Source of the DNA: Candidatus Parcubacteria bacterium
Lineage (GTDB): Bacteria > Patescibacteriota > Minisyncoccia > JACPXH01
Length of the DNA: 64,000 nt
Direction of reading: 5' to 3'
Assembly (NCBI GenBank): GCA_016196625.1
Contig: JACPXH010000004.1
Span: forward strand, 1,711-65,710
Shown here: piece after piece, positions 48,816 through 58,197 of the stretch
Layout: each line of letters opens with the position of its first letter
How positions within the stretch are numbered: position 1 is the stretch's first letter
The notes under the pieces: model-generated
Database searches by the model: none
What the model was told of the DNA's origin: nothing
The model's input: only the letters and a program-made list of their open reading frames with translations
Program-made: the position numbers and the translations under genes

Positions 48816-49547
48816 ATGACAGAAAGTCTTCTTATCGGGGCATTTTTAGGGGGACTCGTTTCTTTCCTTGCTCCCTGTGTGCTCCCAATAATTCCCGGCT
48901 TTCTTGCCTACCTTGCGGGATCAAGCACTGCAGAAACGGATTCCACAAGCTCACCGCAGGCGGGTCCAAAGCGCAAAGAAATATTTATTAACAGTGTTTT
49001 CTTTGTGCTTGGCTTTGGAGTCGTCTTTGCACTTCTCGGAGTGTTATTGAATACACTCCTTGAAGGAATTGCATATGATGTACAAACCTGGCTCTCGCGT
49101 ATTGGCGGAGTAATGATCATCTTTTTCGGCCTCTACCTAGTAGGACTTATCAGGATTCCTTTTTTAGAGAAGGAATATAAATTTGGAGTGAAGACAAAGT
49201 TCAAATCCCGCTATGCCACATCCTTCCTCTTTGGTTTAGCATTTGCCGCCGGCTGGACACCATGTGTCGGCCCGGCATTAGGGGTTATTCTTGGTCTCGC
49301 GACAACACAACCGGGGTCAGCATTTATTCTCCTCCTAACCTATGCACTAGGACTGGGTATTCCGTTTCTTATCGTTGGCGCTTTTACCGGCCAAGCTGCA
49401 GAGTTTATCAATCGCCATGCGGTGGGGCTCAAATATCTCAACATTGTTTTTGGAGTCATTCTTCTCGCTCTCGGTGTTCTTATTTTCACCCAAAAACTTT
49501 CTCTCATTGCCAACTTCAGTCTTCTCAATAAGATATTGCTCAAATAA
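48816..49547 (+). CDS. ccdA: CcdA/DsbD-family disulfide transporter
   Basis: SFLAPCVLPIIP and GWTPCVGP. Confidence 0.9.
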   Translation: MTESLLIGAFLGGLVSFLAPCVLPIIPGFLAYLAGSSTAETDSTSSPQAGPKRKEIFINSVFFVLGFGVVFALLGVLLNTLLEGIAYDVQTWLSRIGGVMIIFFGLYLVGLIRIPFLEKEYKFGVKTKFKSRYATSFLFGLAFAAGWTPCVGPALGVILGLATTQPGSAFILLLTYALGLGIPFLIVGAFTGQAAEFINRHAVGLKYLNIVFGVILLALGVLIFTQKLSLIANFSLLNKILLK

Positions 49548-50714
49548 ATGAGCGCTTTAAAACCATACACCCTTATTGCGGTTGTTGTCCTTCTCGCTGG
49601 GACGATCTACTTCATTAACTCAAACAGTGTGAGAAAAGGTGGGTCAAGCGAACCGGTTTCAGTTATGCCACGATCCTCCTCTGGATCCAACGAAGTAAAA
49701 AAAGATACAATGCCCAGTAAATATCTTTCTGCGGAAGCAAAATCAAAACGCTATGAACTGGCCAAGGAAGTTACCACCCCCGATGGTTTTATAAATACGG
49801 ACGGGAGGCCCATAACGATCAGTGGCCTTATTGGCAAGAAGATTATTCTGGTTGATTTTTGGACATACAGTTGTATCAACTGTCAGCGTACCACCCCGTA
49901 TCTAAACGCATGGTACGAAAAATACAAGGACAAGGGCTTTGTTATTATTGGGGTGCATACGCCGGAATTTGAATTTGAAAAAGACTACAATAACGTAAAG
50001 GCGGCCGTGGAAAAATTTGGTATTAAATTCCCCATCGTGCTTGATAACGATTACTCAACGTGGACTGCGTACAAGAATCAATATTGGCCAAGGAAATACC
50101 TAATTGATATTGACGGCTACATCGTCTATGACCACATCGGCGAGGGTGGATATGAAGAAACGGAACAAAAAATTCAAGAAGTGCTGGGTGAACGGATGGC
50201 CGTCCTCGGCGAAAATGGGACTATTGATCAGTCAGTAACAAAAGAGATACCCGTTCCGGGCGGGTCCAGGAGTCCCGAAACGTACTTTGGTGCCAGCCGC
50301 AATCAACTCTTGGGGAACGGAACACCAGGTGTTGCCGGAGATCAAAAAAATCTCACCATCCCTGCCAAACTTAATCTTAATGCCCTGTATCTTTCTGGGG
50401 ATTGGGATATTACAAATGAATTTGCCCAAAATACCTCGCCCGAAACTCGCATCATATACAAATACAGCGCGAAGGATGTTTTCTTTGTTTCCCAATCAAA
50501 TACGGAGACAGTCATCGAAGTTCTGCGCGATGGAAAACCTCTTGGAGCAGAAGCGGGAGCGGATGCTATAAAAACTTCTGATGGAAAAACGGTTGTGAAA
50601 ATAAAAGAAGCGCGCCTCTACAAAATTATTCAAGACAATCAATCAGAAGTCCACACCCTCGAATTCAGAATTCCAAAATCGGGACTCAAAGCGTTTACCT
50701 TTACTTTTGGTTAG
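49548..50714 (+). CDS. DipZ-like redoxin
   Basis: VDFWTYSCINCQR, GVHTPEF, YWP, SPETYFG, AFTFTFG. Confidence 0.88.
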   Translation: MSALKPYTLIAVVVLLAGTIYFINSNSVRKGGSSEPVSVMPRSSSGSNEVKKDTMPSKYLSAEAKSKRYELAKEVTTPDGFINTDGRPITISGLIGKKIILVDFWTYSCINCQRTTPYLNAWYEKYKDKGFVIIGVHTPEFEFEKDYNNVKAAVEKFGIKFPIVLDNDYSTWTAYKNQYWPRKYLIDIDGYIVYDHIGEGGYEETEQKIQEVLGERMAVLGENGTIDQSVTKEIPVPGGSRSPETYFGASRNQLLGNGTPGVAGDQKNLTIPAKLNLNALYLSGDWDITNEFAQNTSPETRIIYKYSAKDVFFVSQSNTETVIEVLRDGKPLGAEAGADAIKTSDGKTVVKIKEARLYKIIQDNQSEVHTLEFRIPKSGLKAFTFTFG

Positions 50715-50856
50715 CTTTAAACCGCTGCCACTTCCAAGAACTTCAAGCGAGGACGCAGCTGGAAGGGCTTCGGCCGTGAACTCAGGACCCAACTGCTCAG
50801 CCGAACGGAGGGTGTATAGAGGCCAGCCCTGCCGCCGGACTCGTGAGCGGAATCAT

Positions 50857-50891
50857 AATCAATGGGCGGCACACAGTGCCGCCCATTGATT
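50857..50891. terminator. Terminator hairpin
   Basis: Perfect 16-bp IR aatcaatgggcggcac/gtgccgcccattgatt. Confidence 0.7.
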
Positions 50892-50932
50892 CGTCGGTCA
50901 ATCCGCCAGCTGGCGGACGGAAAATCTAATTG

Positions 50933-51006
50933 TGGAGCGGGTGAGCGGAATCGAACCGCCGTTCCTAGCTTGGGAAGCTAGCGTACTACCACTGTACTAC
51001 ACCCGC
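50933..51006 (-). tRNA. tRNA-Gly(CCC)
   Basis: GCGGGTG acceptor, loop TTCCCAA, GGTTCGATTCC, encoded CCA. Confidence 0.94.
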
Positions 51007-51138
51007 GGCACCCGCTCACATTGTCTAAAGCGTACACGGTTGCGTCAACCCCGCTAGAAAACAATGTCTTGTTTTGCGAAAATAGAAGGGCCTCTCTTAC
51101 AGACGAACGGACAGAAAAAGATGCAACGAACGAGTTTT

Positions 51139-51576
51139 CTAACGGGGCGGGCGCACGCCGAAAAAATAATCCCACCATGAGAGCGCGTTTGCCATGAACC
51201 CGGATGACGACGGGGGGCTTGGCGGCGCCGGGAGAGACTCGTTAGTCTGTGGCCGAGCCTGCTCTACAACCCCCGCGCCCGGCACGAGCACGACCACCCT
51301 CTCCCCTTCCCGGCGGAGGTTGAGCCTAACTTTTGCTTCGCGCTCAAGTGTGTCGGGGTTCTTGAGGGCGGCCAAGAGCGTACGCAACGCCTCGCGATTC
51401 GCTTCAAGCTCGGCTCGATCAAAGCGAACCTCTTGGGCGTGCCGCTCCACCACATAGCTACGTCTGAACTCCCGCCAGACCGCAACCCCCAAGGCCGAGC
51501 CGATCGCCACGCACACCACCACCAGCCACCAAACCTTGGTGGCGACGGGACGCTTTACTTGTCCATCTCCTACCAT
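51139..51576 (-). CDS. Septum formation initiator (FtsB/DivIC-like)
   Basis: TM, coiled coil, LEREAKVRLNLRREGERVV. Confidence 0.8.
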   Translation of the reverse strand: MVGDGQVKRPVATKVWWLVVVCVAIGSALGVAVWREFRRSYVVERHAQEVRFDRAELEANREALRTLLAALKNPDTLEREAKVRLNLRREGERVVVLVPGAGVVEQARPQTNESLPAPPSPPSSSGFMANALSWWDYFFGVRPPR

Positions 51577-51594
51577 GAAAGTATAATCAAGTTC

Positions 51595-51705
51595 ATGCGC
51601 GTACGGAAAAGAAAAACGGTTCGGATCCTGTGGGCGGTTATCGTGGTGATCACGTCGCTATCCATGATCATCTATTTGCTCTTGCCGATTTTCAGCGGCT
51701 TTTAG
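51595..51705 (+). CDS. Small single-TM protein (36 aa)
   Basis: MRVRKRKTVRILWAVIVVITSLSMIIYLLLPIFSGF; TATAAT just upstream suggests a near-leaderless transcript. Confidence 0.55.
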   Translation: MRVRKRKTVRILWAVIVVITSLSMIIYLLLPIFSGF

Positions 51706-51755
51706 TTTTAGGTTGAGGTTTAGATTGAGGCACTAACGCGTAAGCAGTACCATGG

Positions 51756-51941
51756 TTGTTTACGCCAAACACCGAGCAAACGAACTCTTGAGCGGCGTCT
51801 GAGGGCGAGCGGCCATGGTGTCCGCCAGCTGGCGGACGAGCGAGCCCGAAGAGCAGCGAAAATCATCGCTGGGGATTTTCGCGTAGCGAGAGAGCTCGTC
51901 TGTTCGGTGAGTCGACCACCTTCTGTTGTAAACGTGAACAA
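51756..51941 (+). repeat. Dispersed fold-back repeat, copy D
   Basis: Outer IR ttgtttacg/cgtgaacaa and accgagca/tgttcggt; family core at 51855-51889. Confidence 0.8.
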
Positions 51942-51959
51942 CGCTCATAAATCTTGCAA

Positions 51960-53867
51960 TCAACGCGTTTTGAGCATCTCGAGGAAGGTTCTGGCCGGAA
52001 TCGTCATCTGCCCCAACGCTTTCAGCTTCGCTTTCCCGCGCTTTTGCTTTTCCAGAAGCTTGCGCTTTCTCGTATAGTCTCCGCCGTACAGATACCCGGT
52101 TACGTCTTTGCGTAGCGCCGGGATCGTTTCGCGCGCGACAATCGTCCCGCCCACCGCGGCCTGCAGCGCCACCGCGAAATTCTGGCGCGGCAAGACTGCT
52201 TTGAGTTTCTCCACGCGGCTGCGACCAATCTCTGGCGCCCGCTCGCGCGGCACGAGCAGGGCCAAGGCCTCGACGGGTGAACCGGCAACCAAAATCGAAA
52301 GCTTCACAATATCTCCCGGCCGGTACCCGACAAGTTCGTAACTCATGGAAGCGTAGCCCGAGGAGATGCTTTTGAGCTGATCGTGGAAGTCAACAATAAC
52401 TTCAGCGAGAGGTGCCTCCGCCCGCACCAAGAGTCGGCCCTCGCCGAAGGCTTCCGTGGAGAGCACCGCGCCGCGGTGGCGACGCAGGAGCTTCGACAGT
52501 TCACCGAAGAGGTTGAGGGGCGCAAAGATTTCCAGCCGCACCCACGGTTCACGCACCTCTAGATCGCTCGGGTTGACGGGGAAGTCGCCGGCAGAAACGA
52601 TTATGTCCGCAATACCGCCAGCGGTGCGAATTTCGTAGGCGACCGAGGGCGAGGTAACAACGACCTCGAGACCATACTCGCGCTCGAGGCGCTCACGGAC
52701 AATCTCAAGGTGCAACAACCCCAAGAATCCGCACCGAAACCCCCGACCCAGGGCTGAAGCAGATTCGGCGGTAAAGACAAGTGCGGCATCGTTGAGCTGC
52801 AACTTGAGGAGAGCATCGCGGAGCGCTTCGACAGGATCGCGCTTCTGGCGCCCGGCGCTGGAGGTTTGCGTCTGACTGGGGTAGAAACTGGCAAAGACCA
52901 TGGGACGCACCTCCTGATAGCCAGGGAGCGCTTCGGGGAATTTTGTGTTTTGTGCTTGGTGTTTTGTAATCGTATCACCCACGCGCACGAGACGCGGCTC
53001 CTTAAGACCCGTCGCCACATAGCCGATTTCCCCCGGCCCCAGACGCACTACGGCGAAAAGTTCGGGCGCGAACACCCCGACTTCTACCGCTTCGCACACG
53101 GCCTTGCTGCCCAGAAACGCCAGAGTATCTCCCGTCAATACCTCGCCGTCAACTATGCGCACGTAAGCCACAATGCCCTTATACGGATCGAAGTGCGAAT
53201 CAAAAATCAGCGCCCGGAGCGCGCCGCCGGGGATACCGAGAGGCGACGGGACGGCACGAACGATACGCTCCAAGAGTTCGGGCACGCCCTGCCCGGTTTT
53301 GCCCGAGATATAAAGGATGTCTTGGCCCGGAGTTCCACCGACGAGTTGCCTTAACTGGGTCGCGGTCGCCTCAACTTGCGCTGAAGCAATATCAACTTTG
53401 TTGACCACCGGCACCACCGTCAAGCGTTCTTCCTGGGCTAAGTGAAAGTTGGCGAGCGTCTGGGCCTGGACCCCCTGGGTGGCATCCACCAAGAGGACCG
53501 CCCCCTCAACCGCCGCCAGCGCCCGGGAGACTTCATAAGAAAAATCAGTATGGCCTGGCGTGTCTATCAGATTCAGAATAAATTCTGGGTCTGGAATGTT
53601 AAAACCGTTTTGGGTTTTGGGTTTTGCCTGCCCGCCGAAGCCTCGGCGCAGGCGGGGGTTTTGGGTTTGCGAATGCCAGCGCATCCGGACCGGCTGCATT
53701 TTAATGGTAATCCCCCGCTCACGTTCAAGCGGCATGGCATCCAAAAACTGCGCTCGCATCTTGCGCGGATCAACCGTGTTGGTAATTTCCAGCAGTCGAT
53801 CGGCCAACGTGGATTTCCCGTGATCCACGTGACTGATGATGACGAAGTTGCGAATCTGCGACTCCAT
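51960..53867 (-). CDS. lepA: Elongation factor 4
   Basis: HVDHGKSTLADR, ERERGITIK, DTPGH, GFRCGFLGLLH, YGGDYTRKRKLLEKQK. Confidence 0.96.
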   Translation of the reverse strand: MESQIRNFVIISHVDHGKSTLADRLLEITNTVDPRKMRAQFLDAMPLERERGITIKMQPVRMRWHSQTQNPRLRRGFGGQAKPKTQNGFNIPDPEFILNLIDTPGHTDFSYEVSRALAAVEGAVLLVDATQGVQAQTLANFHLAQEERLTVVPVVNKVDIASAQVEATATQLRQLVGGTPGQDILYISGKTGQGVPELLERIVRAVPSPLGIPGGALRALIFDSHFDPYKGIVAYVRIVDGEVLTGDTLAFLGSKAVCEAVEVGVFAPELFAVVRLGPGEIGYVATGLKEPRLVRVGDTITKHQAQNTKFPEALPGYQEVRPMVFASFYPSQTQTSSAGRQKRDPVEALRDALLKLQLNDAALVFTAESASALGRGFRCGFLGLLHLEIVRERLEREYGLEVVVTSPSVAYEIRTAGGIADIIVSAGDFPVNPSDLEVREPWVRLEIFAPLNLFGELSKLLRRHRGAVLSTEAFGEGRLLVRAEAPLAEVIVDFHDQLKSISSGYASMSYELVGYRPGDIVKLSILVAGSPVEALALLVPRERAPEIGRSRVEKLKAVLPRQNFAVALQAAVGGTIVARETIPALRKDVTGYLYGGDYTRKRKLLEKQKRGKAKLKALGQMTIPARTFLEMLKTR

Positions 53868-53878
53868 GGCGAGAGAAA

Positions 53879-55561
53879 TTACCGGAGATCTTCTTCCTCC
53901 CTAATCGCCGCGGGCACGAACTCCCGCCAGAATGCGAGCCGCCGGACGACCGGCGCCAAGATCATCATCTCGCGGCAACCAAACAAGTACGCCACAACCA
54001 CGTACGCCGTGAGCCCCATCGCTGCCGCACCAACTCCCTGCGTGAACACGCCGACGGTGGACTGCATGTTGACTACTGCGGCTAAAACTCTTAGGCCGCC
54101 GTAGGTGGCGAGAGCCAACGCGCCGGCGGCAACGAACATCTTAGCGAAGGCCGGGACCACCTCACGGTGAAAGCCATCTCTCATTTCCCGCGCCGCAAAG
54201 AGGTAAAGGAGAGTCGCATTGAAAAACGAAGCGAGCGAAAACGCCAGCACGAGCGCGAGTACTCTGGTGTCGGCCAGATCTTGAACCCGCAACAGTATGG
54301 CCAAGAAGTTTGACCCGGAGAAAACCGGCACGAGCGCTCCGGCGAGCACCACGGTCAACGCCACCGCTGCAATTCCGATCCCCACGGGTACGGCGGTTTT
54401 ATGCCGGCTATAGAAAGCGCGCACAAGGAGCGGAATCACCCCTTGGGCTACGATGGAAATTGCAAACAGACCCAGGGCAGCTGCGGTGAGCCGCGTATCA
54501 ACCCACCCAAACTTCCCAAAGCCGTAAAAAACGCGCACGATCTGCGCCCGGAGTATCACAAGTAACGCCGCGAGCGGCACGAGAAAAAAGAGGATTTCTC
54601 GCAGTGTGTGCGAGAGCGTTGTCCGGAACTTTACGATGTTCCCCTCGGCCCACGCCCGGCTCAACTTCGGAAACGCCGCGCTGGCAAAAGCCACGCCCAC
54701 CAGCCCAATGGGTACGCCCTGCAGATTGAGCGCAAGGTTGTAGACGCCAATGCTACCTGCGGCAAACGCCGAAGCCATGACCGCCACCACCACCTGCACG
54801 ATCTGGCCAAGCGCCAAGCCCACCGTCCGGGGTAAAGCCTGCGCAATAATCGTGCGCACCCCAACATGAAACATGCTTGAGAAATCCAAAAACCGAAAGT
54901 TGAGACCGGCTACGCCCACGAGGTGCAGGGCAAAAAAACTGATGGCACCCACTACCACTCCCCACGCCAACCCGGCCGGGCCGAGCACGGGCGTCAACAC
55001 CAGCGCGCCGAAGATAATGCCGAGGTTGTAGACCAGGGGTGCCGCGCTCACCATAAAGAAGCGCCGGAAATACTGCAAGGCACTGGCGAGCACGTTGGCC
55101 AACCCGAAGAAAACCGGGGAGAGAAACATAATCCGGGTGAGATCGACTGCGACTGCCCGGCGCTCGGGCGAAAAGCCTGGCACCACGAACCGCATGAAAT
55201 AAGGCGCAAAGAATATGGCGATTACAGCAAGCGCGCTAAACACAACCGCAAAGAGAGAAAATACGCCGCTCGCCACCCGCCACGCCTCGCCTTTGTCGCG
55301 CTCAAAATACCCGGCAAAGACCGGAATGAAAGCGGTCGAAATTGCGCCCACTACGAGAAGCGAATACAGCAAATCCGGCACCTGAAAGGCTGCGTAGTAT
55401 ACATCAAGGCCGGAAGCGCCAAACATCCCCGCCAGAATCCGATCCCGAACCAACCCCAACACCCGGCTCGCCAAGCCAAAACCGGCAATAAGAATGGCGG
55501 CACCGGTGATGGTCTCAGCCTCCAAACGCATGCCGTTGACCACTTTCTGCCACAACGTCAT
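53879..55561 (-). CDS. murJ: Lipid II flippase MurJ/MviN
   Basis: SRVLGLVRDRILA, AAFQVPD, AFIPVF, LLVRAFYS. Confidence 0.92.
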   Translation of the reverse strand: MTLWQKVVNGMRLEAETITGAAILIAGFGLASRVLGLVRDRILAGMFGASGLDVYYAAFQVPDLLYSLLVVGAISTAFIPVFAGYFERDKGEAWRVASGVFSLFAVVFSALAVIAIFFAPYFMRFVVPGFSPERRAVAVDLTRIMFLSPVFFGLANVLASALQYFRRFFMVSAAPLVYNLGIIFGALVLTPVLGPAGLAWGVVVGAISFFALHLVGVAGLNFRFLDFSSMFHVGVRTIIAQALPRTVGLALGQIVQVVVAVMASAFAAGSIGVYNLALNLQGVPIGLVGVAFASAAFPKLSRAWAEGNIVKFRTTLSHTLREILFFLVPLAALLVILRAQIVRVFYGFGKFGWVDTRLTAAALGLFAISIVAQGVIPLLVRAFYSRHKTAVPVGIGIAAVALTVVLAGALVPVFSGSNFLAILLRVQDLADTRVLALVLAFSLASFFNATLLYLFAAREMRDGFHREVVPAFAKMFVAAGALALATYGGLRVLAAVVNMQSTVGVFTQGVGAAAMGLTAYVVVAYLFGCREMMILAPVVRRLAFWREFVPAAIREEEDLR

Positions 55562-58188
55562 GGTGTGGTTACGGACACGGAACTGAACCAATCCTCTGCC
55601 AAAACGCCCTCCTCCCGGCCCGAACCAGACAATTGCCAGCCCTGCGGCACAATCACCTCGTGGCTGAAACGGGCGGCCGTACCAGGCTGCTTTTGCCAAA
55701 GGAAGGTGTAAGGTTTGACACTATGCACCTGCCACGGCAGGCGATAGCGGTACTGAACCACCGTACTCTGGCCGGGACTCGTAAAAACCCAGTTGCCAAA
55801 CACGGTCTTGCCTGATTCGCGTGAGATTGTGGTGCCGGAAACCGGATCAACTCTGGTGCTCTGCTCGAGCCCTTTGATGTCCGCATCTTCCCTGAAGCCG
55901 GCCAGCTTATAATCGATCGGGTCTGGGACGTCGCCCCGGGTATAGCCTGAAGCCGAAACCAATTCGCTCCCCGCTGGCACGTACACCCGCAACCACTCGG
56001 TGTTGACCTGGTTCCAAAAAGAATACGGCGCATGCCCGCCGCGGTGGGTGCGGCGGATCGTGACCGTAGCCGTGAGCGAACCGTCGGCCTCGATCTGAAC
56101 CTCATGGCGCAGTTCGTCGTCGGTTACGTAGTCGCTCTTGAAGCCGTTGAGATTCGTGTGCACCACCGCCAAGTAGTCTCCGGCGCTAGAGCGCACCTCG
56201 CCGCCCCAGCCTCGGCGGACGGCTTCAGCCTCAAGTGCTTCGTCCACGAAGTAGAGCAAAATATCCTTGTGCTCAAGGCCGGCTGACCAGGACTCGACCA
56301 CCCGCGCAAGGCGAGCGCCGTCCAACCCTTCCAGTCGGGCCAACAGTTGCGGCACAAGATCGGCCAAAAACTGCTTGGGACGGTTGAGCGTGCGATCATA
56401 TTCCAACTCAACTTCGCGCTGGGCCACTTCGACAAAGTTATCGGCCGTAACCGTTTCGTGGTAGTCCGGCATCTCGATGGGGCCGGTAATCTTGAGTAGC
56501 CGAACGAGCACCGCCGGCGTCACGGCCATCACGCCGTCCACGCTCGGTTCGCCGGTTTTCTCGTAAAACCAAGCGATCTTCTGAGCCGAAGTGGGATAGT
56601 CGAAAAACCAGTTGGCATCATGCATTGACCACGCCGTGGAGATGCGCCGCACCGGTTTGGGCGGCACCACTTTGACCGAGAGCTGCCCGTCCGGGTTGAA
56701 AATGCCGTCAACGACCAAGCTCCTGAGACGCAAACGATCAAACTCGAGAATGCCATAAGTACCAAGGAAGCCGCCGGTCGGGCGCAGCTCGCTTGGGTTC
56801 TGGAAAAGCACGAGCAGCCGCGAAGGCCGATCCCTGCCGAGGAGCGGACTCCAAAAATCAAACTCGGATTTGAGAGCCCGCGCCCCCGAGAGCGTGGGCG
56901 GCAGGAATACTCCAAGCTCGGCGAAGGAACCGCGCGCTTCGGCCGGCACGTTGGCAAGAACAATCTGGTGCCTCAAGCGTTCAGCGCGCTCCAAGTTTGC
57001 AATCGCGCCATCCAGATGCACCTTGGCCTCACCCAAAGGCGAGGGCGAACCAGAAGCGTCGCCCAAAATAACGGTCAAAGACCTTCCGGACGTTAACAGT
57101 TCGCCTAGGGCAGCGGCGTGCTCACCGCCGGCTGCCAACGCCTCGCCGGTCGCGAGCGCTCGCTTTGCTTCCTTGACCGGAGAGCTAAACGGATACCACT
57201 GGAACGCGGCCAGTAGGAGCCGGCCGGCGAGGCCCAGCGAGGATTGCGCTTCGACAAACTTTAGACGAGCCGACCCAAAGACGCTCCGGGCGCCGAGAAA
57301 ATCTCTCGTCTGCAAACGCTCAACGCCTTCACTGATACTCCGAAAACCCTGGAAACTGCGGGTAACGATGATGGACTCGACCGCCATGAGGCGCCCCACC
57401 AGCGCTGCACCAACCAAGACAGCGGCAAGCCCCATGACCGCGCCAACAAATCCCTTGAGTTCCCGGCGCCGCTCGCGCCACGAGGGCCAGAGAGCCCCCG
57501 CGCGCGCGCTCGCAAGTCCGGCCAACTCCGTTGCCACGGCACTGGGGTGTTTTACCCAACGCACCAGAAGGCCATCAGCTCCTGCCGGTGGATGAATGGT
57601 TGGTGCGTAGGCCTTCGGTGCGGGGTTCCGCCCCGCCACCGAAGTACGAGGTGCCGCCGACTCCCGTCGGCGGGGCTCCACGTTGGGCAACCATACTCCT
57701 GCTCCAGCGAGAACTCCGTTCTTAACGGAACGATCTTCTGGTGGTAGCGAGGTAGAAGCCGGGGCAGACAGCCACGGGTCTTCAGTGGGCCCAACCTCCG
57801 GTTCAATCGCTTCCACCGCCACCGAGAATGGTTCAACTGCCTGCGCTCGTAGAGTGGAGACGACTGACAGCGGTAGAGCGCGCGGTTCTTTGGGTTTGGT
57901 CAGCGCCGGCCCAAGGTTCGTGCGCGCCAGAATGGCCTGCAGCTTTGCATCACGCCTATAGACAGCTTCGAGGTCGGCTAAAACCTGTTCCTTGGTAAGC
58001 GGTAGGTCCGCAGTTGGTTCGTCTGTGCTACCCGCGCGCACCCGAACTCGCACTCCAGTGTCGGGAGGGCGTTTGAAAACGCGGGTCAAATCTAAAATAC
58101 CCTCAACTCGCTTGATTGTTTCGATATCCACCTCCCCATCTCGTCGGCGAGGGCGTACATCGAAGAGTTGAGGAAAAACATTCCTCAT
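55558..58188 (-). CDS. DUF4012 domain protein
   Basis: LFQNPSELRPTGGFLG, DANWFFDYP, WLRVYVP, QKQPG. Confidence 0.85.
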   Translation of the reverse strand: MRNVFPQLFDVRPRRRDGEVDIETIKRVEGILDLTRVFKRPPDTGVRVRVRAGSTDEPTADLPLTKEQVLADLEAVYRRDAKLQAILARTNLGPALTKPKEPRALPLSVVSTLRAQAVEPFSVAVEAIEPEVGPTEDPWLSAPASTSLPPEDRSVKNGVLAGAGVWLPNVEPRRRESAAPRTSVAGRNPAPKAYAPTIHPPAGADGLLVRWVKHPSAVATELAGLASARAGALWPSWRERRRELKGFVGAVMGLAAVLVGAALVGRLMAVESIIVTRSFQGFRSISEGVERLQTRDFLGARSVFGSARLKFVEAQSSLGLAGRLLLAAFQWYPFSSPVKEAKRALATGEALAAGGEHAAALGELLTSGRSLTVILGDASGSPSPLGEAKVHLDGAIANLERAERLRHQIVLANVPAEARGSFAELGVFLPPTLSGARALKSEFDFWSPLLGRDRPSRLLVLFQNPSELRPTGGFLGTYGILEFDRLRLRSLVVDGIFNPDGQLSVKVVPPKPVRRISTAWSMHDANWFFDYPTSAQKIAWFYEKTGEPSVDGVMAVTPAVLVRLLKITGPIEMPDYHETVTADNFVEVAQREVELEYDRTLNRPKQFLADLVPQLLARLEGLDGARLARVVESWSAGLEHKDILLYFVDEALEAEAVRRGWGGEVRSSAGDYLAVVHTNLNGFKSDYVTDDELRHEVQIEADGSLTATVTIRRTHRGGHAPYSFWNQVNTEWLRVYVPAGSELVSASGYTRGDVPDPIDYKLAGFREDADIKGLEQSTRVDPVSGTTISRESGKTVFGNWVFTSPGQSTVVQYRYRLPWQVHSVKPYTFLWQKQPGTAARFSHEVIVPQGWQLSGSGREEGVLAEDWFSSVSVTTP

Positions 58189-58197
58189 TAGCTTTCA

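Noticed and set aside
50715-50891. 6S or SRP RNA
   Set aside because: No SRP GGAA-loop motif and no long 6S-like rod evident; it reads better as a coding remnant plus terminator.
16246-51941. Dispersed repeats as a CRISPR array
   Set aside because: Copies are kilobases apart with no repeat-spacer periodicity, and there are no cas genes in the window.
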